Shown in pieces: positions 10,414-22,871 of a DNA stretch of 64,000 nt (position 1 is its first letter; every line of letters begins with the position of its first letter). The notes beneath the pieces are model-generated. The model searched no databases and was not told the origin of the DNA. It was given only the letters and a program-made list of their open reading frames with translations. The DNA comes from Paraspadella gotoi (Eukaryota > Animalia > Chaetognatha). A program made the translations under genes and the position numbers. The stretch lies in assembly GCA_051294375.1 (NCBI GenBank), contig CM119267.1, positions 5,693,992 to 5,757,991 of the forward strand, given 5' to 3'.

Positions 10414-13400
10414 CTCTCTTCTCTCTCTCTCTCTCTCTAACATACAAAAATTACAGCATAACTCATACTCAATTCAATCATAATATAAAAATAACATAAT
10501 ATAATAACAAAAAAAAATCAATAATAAACAAAAAAAACCAAACAATACAAATACAAACAAAACACACAAAAAAAAAAAAATGATAAACATAAACTAAACA
10601 AATAAAAACAAAAAAAAAAATATAAACTAAACATACAAAAAAATAAAAAAAAAATATAAATAACATACAAACATACATAACTAACTAAAACAAATACAAA
10701 TAAAAACAAATAAACAAATAAAACAAAATAAAACAAAATACAAAATAAACTAAAAAAAACAAAAATAAACAAAAAATAACTAAAAAAAAAAATAACAAAT
10801 AACAAAATAAAAAAACAAATCAAAAAATAACATAAAAACAAATCATAAAAAAAAACAATACATACTAAACAAATAAACATAAACAAAATAACATACATCA
10901 AAAAAAAAAAAAAAAAAAATACAAAAAAAAAAAAAAAAAAAAAAAACAAAAAACAAATACAATAACAATATACATACATAAATAAACTAAAACAATCCTC
11001 CCTCTCCCTCTCCTCCCTCCACTCGCCCTATATCATTTTAAGCGCTGACTTTTTTAATCCATTCTTCCCATTCATTTTTCCAACATCTGGAAATTCCGTC
11101 AGGTTTCCTCTTACCTTTTTCCATCCTTTTTTAACTCTTCCTTTCTTCTATTTTATTTTGTCTTATTTCTTCGGAGAAAAAATTATTTTTCTTTTTTTTT
11201 CTTCTTATTCTCTTCCATCTTCTTGACATAATATTCGTCTTCCCCTCTCCCACCTCCTACCCTTCTCCTCTTCTTCCCTTCTCTCTCTCTTTCTCTCTCC
11301 TCTTCTTCTCTTCTCTCTACTCTCTCCTCTCTCGTTCTCTCCTCTCCTCTCTCTCTCTCTCTACTCTTCTTCTACTCTCTCTCTTCTCTGTCTCTCTCTC
11401 TCACTCAGCTCTCTCTCTCCCCCTCGACCCATCATTCACATAAGACCGATGGCGATGGCGACTTTCTCCTTCCTCTCTGTCTCCTTTTTTCCTTCATATT
11501 TCCTCTCTTTTCTATCTCTCCTTTTCCCTTCTATTTCCTATCTTTTTCGTCTCTCCTTTTTCCTTCTATTTCCTCTCTTTTTCGTCTCTCCTTTTCCTTT
11601 CTATTTCCTCTCTTTTCACTCTTTCCTTTGCTTTTCTATTTCTTCTCGTTTCTCTCTCTCCTTTTCTTTTCTGTCTTTTTTTTCGCTCTCTCCTTTTCTT
11701 TTATATTTCCTCTCTTTTCTCTCTTTCCTTTTCCCTTTCGATTGCCTCTCTTTTACGTCTTTCCTTTTCTTTTCTATTTCGTCTCTTTTCTCTCTTTCCT
11801 TTTCTTTTCTATTTCCTCTCTTTTCTGTCTCTTCTTAATCCTTCTTGATGCTCGACTGTCTTTCCTTTCCCGGGTTTAACCCACCCGACCATTACCTTAA
11901 GCTCCCAGAATCTCGACGGACTCTCTGGGACGCCCGCTTCCTTCAATTCCTCCAGACCATTGATGCTCCCGCAATTTCGAATTTTTGGCTTCTTGCTGAT
12001 TCAATCTTTCTCTCGCCCTAGTTTTGTTCCTGCTTTGTTATTTGCGTTTTCATTCTCTCACTGATTGGGTAGAATTTTACGCGACAACTGCATGCACCCA
12101 ATTGTTCAAAATGTTTAGTGTTGCTTCTTCCTTGCATCTTGGTTTTGCAAGTCGCTCTCTTTCTCTCTCTCTCTCTCTCTCTCCCCGAGAGAGATATTTA
12201 AGAAATCGGATTTGTACAAAAAATAAAAGGTTTTCTTTTTTATTTTTTTCTTTGCCTATTTTTTCTTCTCTTTTCTCTTCTGCGTCGGCTTCTTTTTCCT
12301 CTTTGCTCTCTTCTCCCTCTATGCTTCTTCTTTCCTCGTCATCTTCTCTCCTCTCTTCCTTCGTCATCTCGCATATCACAGTCTCATCGGTTCGAAAAGC
12401 AAAATTGGGAGGAGAAATTGACTTATGGCAATGATGGCAGCAAAAGCTTGCGGAAGTAGAATGATGGGGAAAGAAAAGAACGTAGAAAGAGAGTTCAAAG
12501 AGACGAGGAAAGAGATGTGATAATAGACGAAGAGAGAGAGGAAGAGGAAGAAGAAAGAAAAATAACAAGGGAAAACAAGTAGAACGAAATGGATAACCAG
12601 AAGTGTATTAAAAGAACAAGTATTAGGAAGACATTAAAATAATGAATACTAGAAAATAGCTAGAAGGCGAAAATAGAAAAAGAGATCAAGAACTAAGAAA
12701 ACGGAAATGAGCACAATATTCTCGATTATTCGAAAAAAAAAAAATTAAGCTCGAACCGTTAAGGGAATGGGACAACCGAGTGGGTCTGGAGGGAATGAAA
12801 ATGAGAAGGGAAAAAATTGAGGAACGAGAATACAAAATTTGTTATATTTAAAAAAAGCTTAGAGATGAAAAGAGAAATGCGCACGAAAAATAAAAGCGAG
12901 AATAGGAAAAAAAAGCAAGGAATAGGCTCAAGAGAAGAAAAAGATGAAAGGAAGAAAAGACGAAAAAGGGATAGAAATAGCGGGTAGCCGACAATTTAAA
13001 TTTGATAGGCAACGGCACTTAACCGAATCCATTACTCGTGGATACTTAAGTTATGCATGTTATAAATATTTTTTGTAAAAAAAATGTTCCGAACCCAATG
13101 AAGATTTGTTAATTAAAATCTATTAATATTGCTCATATACAATGTCAAATCTTTTTTGGGATATTAATTTTTTTTAATCTGATTCCGATAGAGCCTTAAA
13201 AGTTAACGCCAATCAAATGTAATTACAACTTTTAAATTCTGATTTTTTATCTACTGAATAATTAGTAACCACTATTAAGAATTTATCGATGATGAGATTG
13301 AAATGATTTTTAAAGTTTTTCAAATATTTACCCACTATCATCAAAATTTGAAAAAAACGAATTATACTTGTAGACAACTTTTCAATTCAAGCTATCGTAA

Positions 13401-16080
13401 TCTGCTTTTAAAAATAAAAAAATCAAAAAATTTTTTTTGACATTTCGCTAAAACTATAATAATCCTATACAATTAAATTACTAGTGCTCTAGCCCATTTT
13501 TATAAATTTTGGTCCAGTTGAAAGTTTTCTACAGCGAAATTGTATGAAGGTTCCAAAAAATCAAAACTTTGACCACCACTACTTGGTCAAAAGTTTAGGA
13601 CCCTAATAGGAAAAGAAACGAAAATAGGAGAAAAAGTTTGGTTGCCCTAATAGGTAAAAGAAAGAGAAAGGAAGCAGAACAATCTCTAAGAAAATAAAAT
13701 GATGGAGAGAGAAGGAAAGAAAAAGGAGGAAAAAAGAATAAGAAGAGAAAAAAGAAGAAAGAAAAAGGAGGAAAGAGATAGAGAAAAAAGGGAAAAAATA
13801 TAGGAAAGTAAATATGAAAGAAGAAAAAAAAGGAGGAAATAATGAAGGAGAAGAATAGTGATTTTGGAAATTCAATAAGGTCGCGGGACATCGAGTGAGT
13901 AGATGAGAGAAGGAATAAAGTGCAATAGAAAGGTTGAAACGAGGTTTGTTTGTTTGGGCCATGGTTTATTATGTATCTGTAATGTGTGTGGAGGGAAGGA
14001 AGAGAGAGGGTAAGTACGGGAAGATGAGACGAGAGAGAGCGAAGAGAGAGAGGATCCGCGGAGAGAGAGGGAGAGTAAGAGAGGAGAGAAAGAGAGAGAG
14101 AGAGAGACCGTAGAGACGACGCACGCACCAGATGAGCGGAGAAGGAGGAGAGAGAGCCGCGCTACGAGAGAGAAAGAGAAACAGAAGAGATGACCCGCAG
14201 GAAGAGGCAGAGAACAACGGAGAGAGCGCAGAATCAGAGAGGGAGAGAAGAAGAAGACCAGAGGAAGAAGCAGAGAAAGGATGGAGAGACGAGGAGAGAA
14301 AGAAAGAAGAGCCGTTAGAACAGAAAGACCGGTCTTTGTAATACGTCGGCTTGAAAAGATTTGCGTCGTAGTGTGAGCTGGAATGGCAGGCTGTAGAGTA
14401 TCGAGGAGAGAAGCTGGACTAAAGGAGGAAAAGAGATTCGGGCGGATATGGCCGACACACAGTTTATGTTGGGGTGGGAAAATTGGAGTAGGATGCGCAG
14501 GCAAATTTCGAGATAAGAGGAGCATATAAAGCGAACAAAGAGGCTGGCAGATGTAATCGGCGCGACCTCTGGACTGCACTGAGCCCTTGTGAGACGAGAG
14601 AGAGAGAGAGGAGAGAGAGAGGAGAGAGAGAGAGAGAGAGGAGGAGAGAGAGAGAGCAGAGAGAGACGAAAGAGACTGCCACAAGAGTGAGAGAGAAGAC
14701 GATGAGTGTACGAGAGCGAAGTAGATGAGAGTGAAAGAGAGCAGATGAGTAAGATAGCACGCAGAGAAGAGAGCAGAGAGGAGAGGGGAGCACCGAGCAG
14801 AGGAGGAACGGAGAGACGAGCATAGAGTGACGAAGAGAAAGNNNNNNNNNNNNNNNNNNNNNNNNNGATCCCGATTCACATCTCACCCTCAATTCTTTCT
14901 TTCACAAATCGTCATTTTTGATTTCCAATCCGTTAACCCCACCGCTCACTCTTCCTGCTCCTCTTTGCGCTTTTATGCTCCTCTAATCTCGAAATTTGCT
15001 CCACTCAATTTCCACCCACAAACTGGGAATCGCGAATCTTTTTCCTCATATCCAGTCTTCCGTACTCACACCCATTCACTCACACACAATACTTTCAAAC
15101 CACGTATAAAGAGGTCTTTTTTAACGCTCTCTTTCTTTCTCTCTCNNNNNNNNNNNNNNNNNNNNNNNNNNNNNNNNNNNNNNNNNNNNNNNNNNNNNNN
15201 NNNNNNNNNNNNNNNNNNNNNNNNNNNNNNNNNNNNNNNNNNNNNNNNNNNNNNNNNNNNNNNNNNNNNNNNNNNNNNNNNNNNNNNNNNNNNNNNNNNN
15301 NNNNNNNNNNNNNNNNNNNNNNNNNNNNNNNNNNNNNNNNNNNNNNNNNNNNNNNNNNNNNNNNNNNNNNNNNNNNNNNNNNNNNNNNNNNNNNNNNNNN
15401 NNNNNNCCTCCCCTCCAAACACCCTCAGTCAAAAAAATAAACCAGGCCCTACAAACAAACCTCGTCTCAACCTTTCTTGACTTTTTCCTTCTCTCTTCTC
15501 TCCATCATCCCGCGACCTTTGAATTCAAAATCCTATTCTTCTCCTTCTTTTCTTCTTTTCCTCCTTTTTTCTTTCTTTCTTCATTTTATTTCCTTTTTTT
15601 TCCTCCTTTTTTATTCTTTCTTTCCTCCTTTTTCTTTCTTCTTTCTTCTCCTTCTTTTCTTCTTTTCCTCCTTTTTCATTCTTTCTCTCCTCCTTTTTTT
15701 TTTATTTTTCTCCTTTTCTTTCTTTTCTATTAGGGCCAAACTTTTTCTCCTTTTCTTTCTTTTCTATTAGGGCCAAACTTTGACAATGGGGTGGGTCAAA
15801 AGTTTGATTTGGGAACCTTCATACATTTCTGAGAAAACTTTCAATGGACCAAAATTTTATAAAATGGCTAGAAGCACTAGTAATTATTTTTTTAAATATT
15901 TATTTATAGTTAGGAAATGTCAAAAAAAATTTTTGAATTTTTTATTTTTAAAAGAAGATTCAGATAGCTTATGAAAAGTTGTCTACAAGTATAATTCTTT
16001 TTTCAATATTTTGATGATAAGTGGGTCAAAATTTGGAAAAACTTTAAAAAATCATCTTCATCATCATCATCCGATAATCT

Positions 16081-18084
16081 AGATACCTCACTCGAGAGCC
16101 AATATTAGTTTATTTTTTATCATATTTTTATGCCGGTCCCTGGAGGATGATATCATATTCACTTGCAAAAAACCGTTTTTAAATTCCTACAATGGTTTCC
16201 GAGATGTAGTCCACTAAACGTCAGCTTGAAAGGCAAAATTTGTCAGAATAAAATTTTCGAGTTTCTTCTTAGATTTCTGAGCGCTATGTACAAACTATTT
16301 AAAAAAAAGAGAAAACGTTTTGCTGATTTCTTCCAGCATAATCCATAAATGTGTAAGACGATGGGTAAACCTGAAAGTGATATGTGCTCATCGAAGATGG
16401 CATCGAGAATCAAAGAGAAAATATTGGAATCGAATCAGAACCAAAACCGGATCGCGACCGTCGAGTATGAAATCAACCGAGGACCTCTCTGATTGGATGA
16501 ATCACCACGCAGAATCAACCAATGAGAAAAGATGGGCCTTCATGCCATCGGGAAGAGAGGTCCATGTCGTTGATTCTTCCTCTGCTATAAATACCGAGCA
16601 TTTTCTGTATTGTTTTAAACTGTCTCACGCCGCTTCTTTGCTTGTGACTTTTCCGAGAATAATCCACTTTGTCATGTTGAAACTTCTTCACTTACTTAAA
16701 ATGTGTGGCAGCGGTGGTCGAAACCCACGCTCCGAAAACCTTACTTAAATGGTCTCAAGAGGTAGACGGAAATTTTTCTTTAAGTTTTAATTTTAAAATT
16801 TAGTGTATTGTACCAATGAGAATAAATGAAATTCCCTCGTTGTCCGAAATTTATTTTTTATTACACAAAGATTTGTACTGCGTAATTCAAATCCTTAGTT
16901 CTCTCTACGGTAAAAAAGTTATTTCTTTGAATAACTTTGGAAAAGAAAAGATTATGTAGAATGTGGGTGAGGTATTAAATTAAAGCCCTAATCATGGGAC
17001 AACACCTCTCTGAAATAGTTTTATTAAATTTTTATCCATAAATATTTACACAGCTTTTATTTAAATCGGAGTTAAAAGGATAACAGTTTTTTGCATTAAA
17101 AATTTCAATGAAGGCATGTGAAATTTTTTTTTCTTCTTTCGTAATTTGAAAAAGAGAAAGAACAAATTACATTTTGATTAGCCATTAAATTTGCTCTACC
17201 TCTATAAATTTGCTTGTATTTTAGTTAAAGTAAAAAAAAACAAGCAAAAAATTAATGAAGTAGCTGGATAAAATGTTTTTTAAATATGAAAAATGATAAA
17301 TACAAAAAAATTTTTCAGATTGATTAAACAGTCTGGGACGTCTACCTTCTTGTCTGTGAAAAAAAATGTCATTTTCCATATCTTCAACTGCAAACAAAAA
17401 GCTTGACACGCTGCTTGTTTATCAATAAAAAAATTTAAAAAAAAAAAATTACATAGCTGGCGGACATATTTGACAAAGCAAGACAATCATTGTGTTTATT
17501 TGTATTGATTAATTTTCTTTTAAATATAACAACCTTATAACAAGGAATTTAATTCTATTACTTACCATCTGTTAAATTAAGAAAAAAAATTTCGCGGAAT
17601 AGCCATTGGAAAGGGTTTCATTGACTGACTTAATGATCAAATTTTTTAGGTTCTGTTACTGCCCCTTTCACAAGACAATAAAAGGTCATGATATCAGTTC
17701 AGTTATGTCCAGATTATCTGTACCCTTTCTGCAACCTGCATCTGAATTTTTCTTTTTTCTCCTTTCAAATGTATTAAATAAAAAAAATTATTTTGAGAGA
17801 ACGATTGGCGGAGGGAATACTCATTGGTAAGCCTTAGTTACCCCAACTTCCCGATCGAATTTTTAAACGAGGTTTTTTTTTTCTTTCGTTTTTTTTTTTT
17901 TTTTTTTCTTTTTTCATCCTATATCGAGACATAACACATAAACTATTTGGTACTCCCATTAATTTTTTATTTTCTGAAATTTTGCACGGTACAATCAGAG
18001 AAATACCGTATTGACCGTGTCAAAAAAATCATGGAAAAAAAGAGAAAAACGTTCTGACAAATTTAAAAATTTATGGAGGAATCT
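16081..18084. mobile_element. Non-autonomous DNA transposon, ~2.0 kb, 9-bp TSD (MULE-like by TSD length)
   Basis: Flanked by the direct repeat CGATAATCT (16072-16080, 18085-18093). Short TIR AGATACCTC...GAGGAATCT (8/9). Empty site in the inverted homologous arm near 13275-13295. Second copy at 46372-47833. No transposase ORF. Confidence 0.85.
16386..16751 (+). mobile_element. LTR-like insertion nested in the DNA transposon, ending in a tRNA-Leu-complementary (PBS-like) tract
   Basis: Absent from the 46372 copy. Contains GATTGG/CCAAT boxes, a TATA box CTATAAATA (~16585) and TGGCAGCGGTGG-TCGAAACCCACGC-TCCGAA (16706-16736), complementary to the 3' end of eukaryotic tRNA-Leu(AAG/UAG). Confidence 0.6.
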
Positions 18085-19125
18085 CGATAATCTTAATAGT
18101 TTTTACTAATTTTCAGTAATAAAACATCAAAATTTTAAAAAGTTGTAATTACATTTTTTGCTTAACTTTTTAAGCTCTATCGGAATCAATTTAAAAAACT
18201 TAAAATATCCCAAAAAAATATTTGACATTATATAGCAATATAATAATTTTAATTAACAAATTACTCATGGTTCGGAACATTTTTACAAAAAAATATTTTA
18301 ACACAATAACTAATATCAATAATAGATTCGTTTAATGCCGTTCCCATTAAAATTTAAATTTGTTCGGCTACCGCTATTTCTATCCTTTTCTCTTTTTCTT
18401 CCTTTCCTTTCCTCATTTTTTTCCTTTTCTCCTTTTCTTTTTTCTCATTTCCTCCTTTTCATCTCAGCTTTTTTTTAAATTTACCTTTTTTTCTCTTCCT
18501 CAATTTTTTCCCTTCTCATTCTTTCCCTTCCCAACCCTCTTTCCATTCCCATTAACCGTTCACTTAAAATTTTTCTTCGAATAATCGAGAATTTTGCCTC
18601 ATTTCCGTTTCTTAGTCTTGATTCTCTTTTCTATTTTCCCTTCTCTGTTCTACGTATTCGTATTTTAATTCTTCCTAATACTTTTCTTTAATACACCTTC
18701 TTTTCCACTTTCTTCTAATCTTTTTCCTTTTATTTTTCTTTCTTTCTTCTCACCTCTCTCCTCTTCTCTATTTCACTCCTCTTTCCTCTCTCCTTTAACT
18801 CTCTTCTACTTCTACTTCTCTCCCCCTCTTCTACTTCCGCAACTTTGCTCTCTGCCTAAAAGATCAATTTTCTCTCCAATTTGCTTTTCGACGAATGAGA
18901 CTGTGATATCGGAGATGACGACGAGGAAGAGGAGGAAGAAGAAGATAAGGAGGAAGAGGAGGAAGAGGAAGAAGAAGCCGACGAGGAAGAACATGAGGAA
19001 GAAAAATAGAAGAAAAAAAATAAAAAAGAAAACTTTTTATTTTTTTACAAAATCGATTTTAAATTTGTCGATGAAAAAAAATCGGGAACAAAAACAAAAT
19101 TGAGAACAGATTACGTTTCGTGTCA

Positions 19126-19158
<33 letters not shown>

Positions 19159-19392
19159 ATTCGTAATCTTTTCATTGTTTGCGACAATTGTGACGCATTC
19201 CACAATCACTATGCTCTCATCAGCAGCATCCTTGGACCATGTTGATGAAGATATTATTGTTGTAGAATTTTTGTTAACATATTTTTTATGATTACAACGC
19301 CATCTTTTTTACTATTTACATTTTTTAACTTTTTGGCGAAAAAATAAAACGAACCAAAACGGTTGGATGACAACGACTTTTAACAAGACAAC

Positions 19393-19435
<43 letters not shown>

Positions 19436-20678
19436 AAACGAAGGTCGTTTCACATTTAGTCCAACGAATCACGATCCTCGAGTCCAGCAAACGCCCAAGT
19501 GAGAACTGGACGTGTATATGAGGCTGCCTATTAGCGCGGAGTATAAATACAAGAAATAATAAAAGACATTTGTGCCCTCCTAATTTTTTAAAACACATGT
19601 AAAACTATTCCTTAAGATCAACAAATTAAAAATTCGCTTTGGCCAATTTCCGTTCTATCGTTTTATAATGCGATAGATGCAAAAAAATCGGAAAAAATAG
19701 CAAATTTAAAATATAATAAAAAGTGGTTAGTATAATAATTTTATAAAATATAGCTAAATACAAGTATTTAAAACTCTTTTCAACTATATAAATTATAAAA
19801 ACTTGTATTAAATAATGTTTAAATTTATTAAAAAATTGTATTTTTGAGAAAAATACAAAAATTCAAATAATAGGAAAGATGATTAATCAGATATTTTAAT
19901 CAAAATAATATATATAATATATATAATCAAATAAGGAGATATATAACAGTTTTCATTTGTAAAAAATTACTTTATCTATTAATATATAAAGTTTTTCATT
20001 TTTTGAACCACAAAAAATAAAGCGAAATAATAAACTAAGGCGATTAGGAAACTAATAAATTTATGGATCTGTGTATTTATTCAAATGGTATTTAAACTTT
20101 TATAATATAAACAAAAAGAAAAATAAATTATTAAAAATGTTTTGATTATGAATATAAAAGGCATCAGGCATTTCACCCACGGTGGCGACCTCACACTATT
20201 TTTGCCTTTAAGTAAAGTCTGATATTCTTTTTTCTTCCATTTTATTGAGTTGGAGATAAAGAACAGAGTCAGAGAGGTTTATTTTTAATATTATCAAATT
20301 TTGGTTAGTAAATGTTAAAAACTCTTTCTTATTATTTTGAAAATTTATAAACTGAATAAAAAACAAAAGCATGAAACAAAACACTTTTAAACAATAAAAT
20401 TAAGTAAATGAAAATGGTTATTCAAGATCAGAGTTGTTTGGCTTAATCTCCACTCTCCATTTTCCATAGCCTGGCCTCTTGGGCGCTCAAGGCCTAAGCA
20501 TTCGCTTGTCACGGGGATGGCTGAACTTATTCAAAAAGCACGCAAGTTGGGCTTCACAAATGTTTTTGGTGGTTATCCATCTAGTTTACTCAATGTTTTG
20601 ATCATTAAATATTTTAAATGAGATAATTTAAATAAAACAAAATTTGGATTTTCACAACAAATTTTTTTATTATTTGCA

Positions 20679-20712
20679 GACATGTTTCGGACGTCATTTT
20701 GTTCTTCATCAG
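20679..20712 (-). ncRNA. Minimal type I hammerhead ribozyme motif (Penelope pLTR type)
   Basis: Minus strand CTGATGA-A-GAAC aaaatgac GTCC-GAAA-CATG-TC: intact CUGANGA/GAAA core, short stem II (3 of 4 pairs), palindromic ACATGT stem III, followed by an AATAAA-containing AT-rich tail. Duplicate at ~27499-27533. Confidence 0.7.
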
Positions 20713-22219
20713 TCATATTTGTCGTTTGAATTCCAAAAAGTTGGCAAGTTTAAAGTTGAGAAAGAGAGAGAGAGTGAAGAGAAATTCGCCTCGTTTTTCG
20801 TATCATTTTTTAGGGTCATTTTTCTCTCTCTCAATCTCGACCCGTTTATAACGTTGGTCATTTTTAAACGTTTATTTTTATAATTTTATGACAGACTTTT
20901 TAGTCGTTTTAGAACCACTCTTTGGAAAGTCGTTGCTCGTCCGAAAACAGTTATTTTTACGGGTTTCGCAACTTATTTGTTCACGTATTGTCATGTATTT
21001 GCCACGTCTGTCACCGAGAATAAACGTTGAGACTTACGGGAAATTCTCGTTTTACACTCAGAGGAGATAAAGTCAGCGAGACTTTTGTCAAAACCATTTT
21101 TTTGGACGAGCGACCTCTGCAAACGCCCGGACTGCAAGCGTGAGAGTGAGAAGTGAGTGAGAATCAGAGCTTCCTTTCTCTCGAGAAATGGGCACAAAGT
21201 CAGATGGCGATATCGAATCCACGGCCGTCTGACGTCGAGCTCTTTTTCTCCTATAAGCTATGCCCACACGCCGCCACATGCGTCAATACAATTTAGGATT
21301 ATATTTATTTATTGTAAAAAATTAACAGCCTTGTTATACAGACTAAAATGAGCCAACAAAATGTTAAACAAAATTTGTAAAGGTTTATGAAAATAGTATA
21401 GAACATCTTCTGATCTAAAATTAATTTTGCTATTCTAATTGTAATAGTTATTATTATTATTTATTATTATAATATTATTATTATTATGTTATTATAATTG
21501 TACTAATATTTAACAGAGTAGTTCTTATTTAAAACGATATTTCAATGGAATTTTTTTCATTTTGATAAAAAGCGATCTACGAAAGGGAGGGAGAGTGGTA
21601 ATGGGTAAGGCTTATGGTAAGTCAATTAATATTTTTTGGTAAAAGCTTATTATAAGCTGTATAAAGTTAATGTAGCTAACTAAAAGCTTTTATAAGCTTT
21701 AAAAAGGATATTGACTGCGTTATGTGGCTTGGTACTTATTTTCCATTTTTCTTAATTTTTAAAAATTTTATGAAAATACTTATCTTTTAGAATCACTCAA
21801 TATTTATATAAACAGATTTTTTTATTTTTTATGGATGAAAACGGTTTAAATTCTTTGTTTTAACTATATTTCACTTAAAAAAGTGAATTTAACCAGCTTT
21901 CTTTGATATCAAATTTTGCTATTTTTTTACAATTTTTTTGCATCAAATTGCTTTTTAAAATCGAAGAACGGGAAAATTGAGCGAACGAATTTTCATTTTT
22001 TTTATCTGGGCATAGTATTATATCAAATACAAAAATTAAGGGGAGCACAAGAGGTCATATATCATATCTTGTATTTATGCTCCGCGCTACTGCCTTATTA
22101 ATTTTAGGCTTCAGTATGATAATATCCCTTAGTTTTTGGCGATTTTCTCACAATTAAAAAAATTTAGATAAATATCTTTTCTTCCAAGCCGAAGACTTCC
22201 TAATTGTAAAAATTCCAAG

Positions 22220-22224
<5 letters not shown>

Positions 22225-22277
<53 letters not shown>

Positions 22278-22836
22278 AAGAGACACTAAGACTAAGACAG
22301 AGGGGAAACGAAAGGCATAAAAACAATGGCATTCGATAATGAGCACAAAAAGCGCTACAACAAAATTTCTCTTTCAGAGCCGCCAGACAGATTTTTTTTC
22401 TTCCGTTAAAAACTTTTTTTTATGTTGTTGTTGTTGTTGTGATTCTTAGGGTGTTGTACTCGTCTTTGTCGTCGTCGTCGGTCATCGTCGTTGCACTCTC
22501 GATTTTCGCGAAAGGCAAACAACCGGAATTTACGTGACAATGAAGGAAGAGAAAAACTAAAAAAAAAAAGTGAAAATGAGCGAGAGAGAGTCTTTCACCT
22601 TGACACCCTCAAACCCCCCTTAGGCTCCCCCCCTTAGGCTTCCCCCCCCCCTGGCGAAAACGGGGTTGGCGGCGAACGAAAGCGGCGACGAAAGCGGCGA
22701 ACAAACGGCGAAATATGGAAACCAAAACCGACGATAAAGGGACAACAAAAAGCGGGAAAAGGGCGATAAAGCAAAACAGAAAAAGGCAAAGGCAGAACAT
22801 TAACCCAGGACGAATCTTTTGTTTTGATAAACTGAG

Positions 22837-22871
<35 letters not shown>

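Larger units (their letters stand above)
12195..19063. repeat. Large inverted duplication centred on the N gap 14842-14866; only the right arm carries the 2-kb transposon
   Basis: 12195-13290 is the reverse complement of ~18090-19063, and 13290-14560 is the reverse complement of ~14950-16080 (e.g. tatacttgtagacaactttt / aaaagttgtctacaagtata). Confidence 0.85.

Noticed and set aside
7182-15770. Long ORFs rich in ER, SL, F or KG (also at 40774-44471, 48964-50585 and 56943-62978)
   Set aside because: They are translations of (GA)n, (TC)n and polypurine tracts or N gaps that lack stops by composition.
22610-22650. TTAGGC motifs as nematode-type telomeric repeats
   Set aside because: Only isolated copies separated by C runs, not a tandem telomere array.
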